NCBI RefSeq assembly: GCF_009914755.1
Contig: NC_060927.1
DNA from: the human T2T-CHM13v2.0 reference genome, Homo sapiens
DNA: 64,000 nucleotides
Direction: 5' to 3' (one strand)
Each line of letters begins with the position of its first letter. The stretch's first letter is position 1. A program made the position numbers and the translations under genes. Under the pieces are notes generated by a model. The model did no database searches and had not been told where the DNA came from. It worked only from the letters and a program-made list of their open reading frames with translations. This document shows positions 55,025 through 64,000 of this stretch, piece by piece.

Positions 55025-55255
55025 AGGTAGCATATATTGAGTTCTTCCTGCTTGCCAGACACTGACCTGAATGGGTTACAGGGTTCTAGTTTATTCTCTG
55101 GAGCCCTGTAAGAAGTCTTATGATTGTTCCCGTTTCATAGATGAGGACAATAAAACTCAGAGAGATGGAGCAGTGTGCCCAGGATGGCTGTAGAAGCAGG
55201 ATTTAAATATGAGCAATCAGGTCCCAGAGCCCCTGCTTCCAACTATTATCATCTA
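55025..55255 (-). mobile_element. MIR, tail-to-tail with the preceding MIR
   Basis: tattgag...tgccagacactg...cccgtttcatagatgagga...ctcagagag. Confidence 0.65.
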
Positions 55256-55327
55256 CCGAGACAGGAAGGAAGGAGTTGAGGAAATTTCACCCAAGCCAAG
55301 CATCTAGTCCATGGTTTAAATTATTGT

Positions 55328-55497
55328 AGGTTTTATGGGTGTGGGGTTTCCTTTTGGGGGTGATGAAAAAGTTCTGTAACTAGGTAGTGGTGATGGTTGC
55401 ACAAAAATGTGAATGTACTTCATGCCACTGAATGGCACATTTGAAAATGCTTAAAATGGTAAATGTTATGTTATGTGTATTTTACCACAGTAATAAG
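55328..55497 (+). mobile_element. L1MB 3' end
   Basis: gggtgatgaaaaagttctg...gtggtgatggttgcaca...atgttatgtgtattttaccaca. Confidence 0.8.
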
Positions 55498-58370
55498 AAA
55501 TAATTGTAAGTACAAGGACAAGTAGTCCCTTCCCAAAGAATTATATGTTGACTGTTAATCTTTGTAGCCAACTGCTGCAACCAGGGTGCACCAAGATAAC
55601 AGCCCATTTTCTTCTTGACGTTGGCCTCTCTTTCTGAAACAGGTATTCTCCTAGATTTATTTTTTAAAGTATCCAATGCAGATCCTGGGTGTGATTAAAT
55701 CTCCCTGTGGCAAACACAGAGCAACTGTCCCTCCTATAAGTTGAGAGGTGTAATTGTATTTTCTTCCCGGATGATAAACTTCCTTGCATATTTTAAATGC
55801 TAAAGTGAGGAGCAGAAAAGCAGAGAGTCCAGGAGGGATTTTGTTTTTAGTGAGTAATAATTTTACAAGATTAAGGCAATGTGAAGTGAAATGAAATTAA
55901 GGAGAAATACTAAGAAATATAAACTAAGCATAATTTGTCTTTAATTTTGGTGTTTATTGAAGTCTTTGAAGAGCGCATTGACTAGTTGCTGGATTAACAA
56001 ATTTTGTTTTTGGAATTATTCGTAGTTGCTTAGCACTGAAGCTTTAGAAAAATTTAATCCTTTAGTGAAAAGGGGCTAACAATCGACAGTATGCTGTGGT
56101 CATGTTGATTTAATTATCAAACAGAACAAAATTGTTGATTACTTAATGATTAATAGTAACAAAGAGATATTAAGGGCAGTCTTGGCTGGGGATTGAGTCT
56201 TTAAAAGCTCGTTTGTTTTGTTTTGTTTGAAAATGTTTAACCCAAAAACTTGGATAACAGGCTGAATCATGGAATCATGGAATTTACATCTACAATATGA
56301 ATCACAACATTTTAAGAGAGAGATGTGTGCCCTGTTTCTTTATTTTGGCCATGAAGATGAGGGTGAAGGTATCTGTTTTATTTAAAGAACTGGTGTTATT
56401 CACAAATACCTTGAGATAGTTAAAAGAAATTCCATTTCATGATAAACTAATGCAAATGGAATGTTTAAAAATAGATTTGGATATATTATCTAAAGTGTGT
56501 GGTACTTTTACTGACAAAAGAAAAGGTCAAAACAATGAAACAGACTCTTGTTGCTACACATGCCTGGTCATGGAGCCTCAGGCTTCAGCTAACCCTCCAG
56601 GAAAGTGGATACCAGATCCTCACTCTCACCCTCCAAACTGTATTTTATTCCTTAATAACTTAACAGAGGAAACTAATGGGATGATGTTATCAGCTACTCC
56701 ATTCTCTGGTTTCAAGGAACTGTTTGGTACCTGGGAGACATGATACTGCTTTTGTTGAATTTTAAAATGGTGGGTTGGCTGGAGATGTCAGGTCCCAAGG
56801 ATTTCAGGTCATACCATCCTACCCTATAAAGATCAAGCCAAGAATATATAGATGTTCTCATTTTAAAGACTTGGTGTTATTTATAGCATTTCTTCTTATA
56901 ACATTTGATTAGGTCAATTTGCTAATTTTAGAAATGGGGAATAGTGAAGCTAAGCATTTAACTTTTTTTCAGTGAAGGATTTGAAATAAGGTTCTTTAGA
57001 GACTTTTGTTGTTGCTTTTGTTATATTTAGCTTAGTAGACTTAGAAACATGAAAACCTTAATTTTGTATAATAAAGTTGATTTGTATCCTAAAAAAAGAA
57101 GTACCCTGGCACTGCCTTCATAAATTAAGCATCATAGTTTTTATAGCTTGTGAAAGAGAAAATGAGCTTGTGCAAAGGTGAGCTCCAGAGGACAATTTCT
57201 TGAGAATATTATGTGGCTTCCTCCCTCATGTCTCCTTTTCCTGAAGCTGCCATTAATTTCATAAGTGAAGAAGTGAAGTACATAGGGAAGTATGGAAAGG
57301 TTACAGGCCAGATTTTAATAATTGTTTTATTATATTTTCTAGTTTTGTGAGAGGAAGACATGATGGCAGGTCTAGCTGTCAAGCTGCTTGGATGGCCTTG
57401 GAGTCAGGTAAATGCCAAATGACCTTTCTTTACATTTACTGATGGGGAAACTGAGAATCCAGTCCTCCCAAGACTGGAGGATGTAGGCTGTAAAACAGTC
57501 CAGCTGAAGAGTGGTTACTATTTTATTTATTGTGAAAAACATACATGAGAAGCTGAGTTATTATTTTTACTTACTTGGTTTCATTCATTCCCAAGATGAT
57601 AAATGTTCTGTTTATGGAATAAGATTTTATGCTTTTGGAGGTTTGAATCATTGACTCCTAAGTGTTGCAAGATGCATTGCCTCTCAAAATTTCCCTGATA
57701 TTAGTGTGATTTGGATCTTAATCTGACAGTCTGGAATAGTTACATTGGTCGAAGATGCCAATCTCTGCTGGAAACATGGTACCATAAGCCCTAGTCTGTC
57801 ATTAGTCATGCCTTGATGATATTAGGACTTGTGATTTCTATTCAAATAGTGTAAGATACATAGGCAGCAGAATTTTACTGCATCTTTTATCATAGATGTT
57901 GGGAATGGTGTTCATTAAAGGTAAAATATGTCACATCTTTAGTCCTGCCTTCTGTCTTGGTAAAGGATATTTGGTTTTTAAAGATTCTCTCCTGATCCCA
58001 AAGCATTTTGTCAGTGTTAATATGGAATAAAAGGTTTCTTATTAAGGTAGGATGGAGAGACCTATTAGGCAAAAATCTTGTAAGATGAAAAAGAAGAGAG
58101 GGATATGTCTTATCCAAGAAAGCAGAACTATGTCCTAGGGCTAAACCTGGGCTGTCTTTTCCTGCTCTGGGTTTTTGTTACCATTACTTTGGCATAAGAG
58201 GTTAGGGCCTGGGTATAAAGCGATTGTTTAGTTTTCTTCAAGGGACTGCAATGGACGTTCAAAAACTTATTTCTCTGTGAGCTCTAGGTCCTTTATTTGT
58301 GGTCTCAGTGCCTTGGATATTTCTGTTGCTCTTTTGAGAAAAAGTTTTTCTATTAAAAAAGTGGTTAGTT

Positions 58371-58460
58371 GCCAAGGCTGGTGGATTGCTTGAGTCCAGG
58401 AGTTGTAGACCAGCCTGGGCAACATAGTGAGACTCTATCTCTTTTAGATTTTTTTAAATT
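58371..58460 (+). mobile_element. Truncated FLAM/Alu left monomer
   Basis: ggattgcttgagtccaggagtt..agaccagcctgggcaacatagtgagac; TSD aaaaaagtRRttagtt on both sides. Confidence 0.85.
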
Positions 58461-58497
58461 AAAAAAAGTAATTAGTTTGACTCTCCCCTCAAACAAT

Positions 58498-58965
58498 CAC
58501 ACAAGTGCTTTTCTTTGAGTTAGCCACTCCACCTCAGTATACAACACAAGTGTTTTATGCAACTTTCCCATTTTGTCACACAGGATATTAAGAAGGCTTG
58601 TACTTAAGGGCCAAGATTTAATCAAGTGATTTTTTAAAACACACTCACCAAAGATTTTTTTAAAATGCAACCTCCTCCTCCTCCTTCCCCTCCCTCCCTC
58701 CCTCCCTCCCTCTGTGTGTGTGTGTGTGTGTGTGCACGTGTGTGTGTGTGTGTGTGTGATTGCCTTGATCTGTGCTAAGCCATTTAGCAGTTTTACCATG
58801 ATTACTTTAGCATCAAAATGTAAAGGCCAACAAAGTGAAAAAGGCAATAATTTCTTAGGTTTATCATGACAATTGTTTTTTGACTTATTGGTTTCCCTAA
58901 AGGCCTCCTTGGACTCTACTTCCCAACCTCTGGCAGGGTTCTGTGGGCCATAATTCGAGAATGGG
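58498..58965. mobile_element. Charlie1-like hAT transposon remnant with internal (CCCT)n/(TG)n
   Basis: cacaagtgcttttc...ttcccattttgtcacacag...tgccttgatctgtgctaag...cagcagttttacc-like...gtgaaaaaggcaa. Confidence 0.65.
58713..58758. repeat. Interrupted (TG)n microsatellite
   Basis: Direct reading. Confidence 0.9.
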
Positions 58966-61484
58966 TCTAGAATAATGCTTTGTTCTGGACAGCAATCCTT
59001 CATGAAGTTTTTTTTTTAACCTTCTTATTTTCTTTTATTATTAACTCTAAACTTAACTAAGTCATCAGCTGTCCTTTGACTCCCATCCTAAGTGCTTTAT
59101 CTGCATGAAATATTTATCTCTAAGTGAATTGCTCAGCAGACATTCACACTGAAAAATAAGTTAAGACAGAGATTTTCTGAGGAGAAAAATATTAAAGCGC
59201 ATTGATCCAAACCTTTAGTGACTGGGTAATACTACTGTGATCTAATCACAGTGGCAGAATGTTCCTCAAACGTCGAAACGAACAGCTCCATAATTTTCAC
59301 ACTGTGCTGTGTGACAGATGGCAAAAACCATTTTGATTTTCCCCAATATCCAAGGAGCAGCAAGCAGAGCCTGTGCCTCCCACTTTGCTCTCTGTCTTTG
59401 TCATCTCCAGTCGGCCTGACAGCACACCGATTTCTACCTCTGTGATCTGTTCTTTGGATGACGATATTTTCGATAACTATTTAGTATAAAAATAAAATGT
59501 GAGGGTCCCATCAAATAAACTAATTAAGGCTTAGAAAGTGTCAAACTCCAAAAGCCGGGAGGAACAGATGAGGCACTGAGTATGAGAGTCACACAGACCT
59601 GACAACTAATGTGTTACCACGGCAACAGGAGAATCAATATCCCTCAACTGGGCAGATAGTTGACAGTAATTTTTGCTGGGTCAGAGAATTGGGGAGAGTG
59701 AAAACCACCTTCTGCTATGCAAATAATTGCTATCTCCTTTATAAGCAAAAAGCTTCTGAAGGATTTTGTGATCAAATTCTGACCAAGTCTAGTAGAAGCT
59801 GATACTCACGGTCCTGGAGAAGGCCCTCACCATGTAAAAGGGAAGCAATTGAGTCTGTATTTTCTGTGATGCATTCACTACCTTTTTTAAAATCAGGGGT
59901 AAAGACATGTGTTTCTTATGTTGTAAAATGAGTGCCTAATGTATGACTGAAAGCTGGCTCATTTGATCTTTTTCTCCTGTTTATGATTAACCGTAAGAAT
60001 TTCTGTGTATGATCTTCAGGACTGTCTTGTCACATAGGAAATTAGTATCATCCTGGATGTGGTGGTCACATATACTTTGAACACGCAGTCATGACTACCA
60101 GAGAGATTGGGTTAAACCTTGCTTTGTGCTTTGTGGAAGTTTGTCGTTTAGCAGAAAGGAAACCTCGATGTTAGCATCTGTTTTTCCAAACATGCTTCTC
60201 AGGCACAGCATATTCCAGAGCCGGTGGATATATAATAATACCTGATTCAGCAGAACAAGAGATTTAATATCAAACTCATTTAAAGAAAAATGATGCTTTC
60301 TGCAGTGCATAAAAGAATGGATGATAAATTTCAAAATAAAGAATAAAAATATTGTTATTCTCTATCAGGACTCCTTACTCTGAGAGTCCATATGTCCCTT
60401 TCTCCCTTCTTCCTTCTCTCTCTTTTCCTTTCTTTTGCTCTTCCTTCCTCTCTCTGTTTCTCTCCCTCCCTCTCCTTTCTTTTCTTTCCTTCCTTTTATT
60501 TCTTTCCGTCTTTCTTTCTTCCAACATAAACTTAATGAAACTGTTTTGAAACACTGACTAAAAGTCAATATACAACTTAGTTGAATAAAGTTCCATAATA
60601 GCTTTTTTGGTAATGGTTCTTGATGGTCCTCTCTTACTAAGTGCCATGATATGATATATTGAAATTAAAATATGGGCATGCAATTTTAACACAAGGGCAT
60701 TAACAGAAATGTCATTCCTAACAAATGAGGCATTGGGAAATCTGCCCTATAACCAGAGAACCATGCTCATTTTTGCCTTTTGCTATAACTTATAAAAACA
60801 AACCTCATGATGTAAATGCCTGTGGGTTAGATTTCCAGTTGAGAGGTAGGCGACAGGCTTCAGTGGGGGAATGGGGAGAGGCAGTTTTTGTTTGTTTGTT
60901 TCAGACAAAGGATTCCTGGCCTGGGGCGGTCCAGCTGCAGCTGCTGTCAATATTGAGGCAATCAGACTATTTTTCTAACTAGATCAAAACAGAAAATTCT
61001 GCCTGCGATTCATTATATCAGAATGGAGGAGGAGGGAGAGGGTAAAGGGAGGAAGGAAGGGAGAGAGAGGAAGGAGGGACGAAGAAAGGAAAAGCATGAT
61101 TGTTAATTCTTCTGAAAATTACTTGCAGGGTTGCCACTTTCAAATTAGAATAAACTCTATCTGGGTCTGTTTGCAAGATAGGAGCCTAAAGGAATGCGAA
61201 AATAGTGCAATGAGTCTCTGCTGTAGAAGTGAGAGGAGGTGGTGGGATCTGGGTTTTTTGAGAGAGAGAACTGCAAACCTCAAGTGTGACTGAATTCAAA
61301 TCAGGCTTACAAGGCGTGCTTGGTTTCTTATTTGCTGATTACGTCGTGTTCTGTTTCTTCCTCCCTTGGTATTTTCATGATGGTATTGTTTTGAGAACAA
61401 GACTTTGGGGTCAACTAGTTGGCTGTTCCTGTTGGTATCTGGGTAAAAGTAACCCTGGCCAGCGTTGGTTTTTTGTTGTTGTTG

Positions 61485-61486
61485 TT

Positions 61487-61570
<84 letters not shown>

Positions 61571-61597
61571 TTCTTTCTTTCTTCCTTTTTTTTTTTT
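61485..61597. repeat. (TTTC)n tetranucleotide STR with ~21 perfect units, then a degenerate T-rich tail
   Basis: Direct count over 61485-61568. Confidence 0.95.
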
Positions 61598-62065
61598 TCT
61601 CCTGTACTCTCATTCTAGCCCCCTTTGGTGCTTGGACAGGTTAGGATCTGAGCCTTCCCTGGGCCTGTGGCTCTCCCAGTCTATTGATACTGACTCATCG
61701 CTTGGGCTCCTCTATCTGGGTAACTTGAGTATATTGGGGGAGGGTGGTGGGGGTGAAGTCCTTTTTTTCTACAACCTGCCTTTTCCCACACGTTCACTTT
61801 TACCTTTTCAGTGGAGAACATCGGCACAATAGATGGGGAAAAAATAAGAAAAATAAATAAACCTGAGTTACTGAACAGAATGGCTCTTGGTATTTACTCG
61901 TGTTCAGGAAATATTTGCCGAGTGCCTTCTCCACGGCTGTGCCAGGCCCCTGGAGATGAACATATCGAGCTGGCAGGCACAGCCTGTACCCTCAAAGGTC
62001 ACAGCCGTTGAATCCTTGAGAAGACACTGATCCTGGCATTTTGATATTTTGCTTAAATGTACACT

Positions 62066-62127
62066 TGGGATGTACCTTAAGTTATTGCTTATTTTATGGG
62101 ATGTAGCTTAAGTTATTGCTTATTTTA
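62066..62127. repeat. 31-bp tandem duplication (2 copies, 1 mismatch)
   Basis: tgggatgtaScttaagttattgcttatttta x2. Confidence 0.9.
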
Positions 62128-62436
62128 TTCTTTTTTAAGATGTTTGAGTGTTGTGTGTATGCAACAATCATGTAGAAAAATGTTAACTTATTGCATTGGA
62201 AATATGGCCTAAATTATCTGGTTTTATAACATATCCAATATGTTACATATACTACCCAGGAGAAGTATTATTAAGGTTAAGAATAGTAATTTCTAGGTTG
62301 TATGGGCATGGTCAAGTGGTCAGGTAGCTCACAAAATTACCAAACTCGGGCTCAGGGTAGCTCCTCCTCTTTGAGTTAGATTAGCATTTTGGGAATCATT
62401 GTGTATCTTTCTCAGGGTTAAGAGGATTGTCCTAAA

Positions 62437-62653
62437 TCCGCATTCTCCAATATAGCAGCTAATGGCTACATGTGGTTGTTTAAATTTTAATTTAAATGAA
62501 TGAAAATGTAATTGAATTTAAAATTTAGTTCTTCATTTGTACTAGCCAGATTTCAAGTGTTCAGGAGCCACCTATGGATAGTGACTACCATATTGAGCAG
62601 CATATAATATGGGACATTTCCATCATTCCAGAAAGTTCTATCAGACAGTGCTG
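62437..62653. mobile_element. MER3-like hAT DNA transposon
   Basis: tccaatatagcagc...ctacatgtgg...actagccagatttcaagtg...acatttccatcattccagaaagttcta..gacagtgctg. Confidence 0.8.
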
Positions 62654-62669
62654 TTCTAGGATACCTTCA

Positions 62670-63040
62670 TTTTTTCAGCCAACCTTTCCTGGGCCTCTGC
62701 TATGTGCTAGGTATTGTCCTGGTGAAACTAAGACATAGTCCCTGCCTCTGTGGGTATTTGGCCCGGTGTAGAAGCAGATATTTATAGATAAGACAAGCAG
62801 AGGATGTGGTATCATCCATGCAGGACAACAGCGGGTTGCTGAGATATGCTGTAGGACAGATAAGCTGCTTAGATTGGGTGGGGAGGAAGGGCTCTTCTGA
62901 GGAGCTGACTTTGAGCTAAACTCTGAGGCATGAGGAGGAGCCAGGCCTGTGAAAGCCATAAAAATATCGTTTGGGGCACAGGGAACAGCAGAGGCAAAGC
63001 CATTGAAGTGGGAAAGAGCTGAGCTTTTTCATAGCCCCTC
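62670..63040 (-). mobile_element. L2 fragment
   Basis: ctatgtgctaggtattgtcctgg...gacatagtccctgcc...gggaacagcagaggcaaagcc. Confidence 0.65.
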
Positions 63041-64000
63041 CTCAGGCACAGAACTCTGAGGACTGTGGAGGAGTGGTGGCAACTGAGAGACTGGCATTCC
63101 TTCACCCCAGTCACTGCCACACCACCCTGCCCAGGATGCTCTGCTTTCTTTGCAATTAGACTCTCTTCCAACTCGTGTTATAACATTTTCTCAGCTGTGA
63201 CACTAGGCCTGTCCCCTGGCCTCAGAATGAAGCTAAGAGAAGCTGAAAAGAATACATTTAGCGTCTATGAAGGGTACTTATGTTTCAGGGACCTGGTACA
63301 CTCTATCTGATTGTGGTTAACAGTGGGCTGTGGAGGCTTCTCGTGCTCATAATTGTGATTGTCTTTCTTTGCAACACTTCTTCCCATTCCAGGCCTCACT
63401 GAAGCCTCTCTAGGAAGCTGGGTGTCCATTCCAGAGCCATTTCCTGGTCTCTCAGCAGAGCTTTAAGAGCTCTGCTTGGCTGAATTCATCTCCCAGATTC
63501 AAGGCACTGAGGCCTTTGACTCTGGAAAGTGTTCACACCTCCTACAGGCTGTCCTCCCAGAATTCTCAGAAGCCTGCTCTGGAGAGCTCCTTCCCCTCTG
63601 GCAGGTGCAGCAGGCCATAGCTCACATTGGCACTGAACAATGGCCTTTGTGTAGATCTCCCTGTGATCTCCAGAAACCCTGATCCAGCTCTTAGGGAAGG
63701 GGAAGCAACAAGACTTAGCAAAATCCCTGCTGCATCCATCTCATACAGATAATTAATAACAGCAATCCTTGGAAAATGAGGCTTAAGCAATGAAATCCTT
63801 TTCTCTTTTTCAATGAGAGCGGTCTAATAACTGGGGCTTTGACTGTTGTTTCCTGAGGAAACCGTGCAGTGATGAAATTAATGATGTATTAAAACAGGTA
63901 CATAAAAATGTCACAGTGTTGAAGACAGAGCAAACAGGAAGGTCCTTCAGAAAAAGGTCCCCAGTTATCAGAAAAGTTATCTGAAAATGAAACACTAACC

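Noticed and set aside
58497-59003. 168-aa minus-strand ORF as a domesticated transposase
   Set aside because: Only faint Charlie-derived residues remain, and the frame is carried through (TG)n and (CCCT)n microsatellites.

Overview
Primate (human-like) non-coding genomic DNA. It is AT-rich and CpG-depleted, has no CpG island, and shows no recognisable host protein-coding exon, RNA gene or CRISPR array. Much of the window is transposable-element fossil: Alu, MIR, L1, L2, MaLR/ERV LTRs, and hAT and Tigger DNA transposons. The only protein-like ORFs are broken L1 ORF2 fragments. Between the repeats are unique blocks rich in homeodomain, SOX, MEF2 and bZIP motifs that resemble enhancers in a gene desert or long intron; conservation cannot be checked here. 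The most notable structures are: (1) a young L1PA with a twin-priming 5' inversion and a 17-bp TSD, nested in an older L1 and creating a ~1-kb inverted repeat; (2) a 125-bp segment copied from 3.75 kb away into a MIR; (3) an older ~175-bp local duplication, where one copy carries a MER51-like LTR and the other preserves the empty site; (4) small snap-back or templated inverted-repeat scars; (5) a full-length LTR12 solo LTR with tandem CCAAT boxes. I found no evidence of a new protein-coding system. Repeat subfamily names come from recalled consensus similarity and need RepeatMasker/Dfam confirmation. Boundaries of old elements are approximate.
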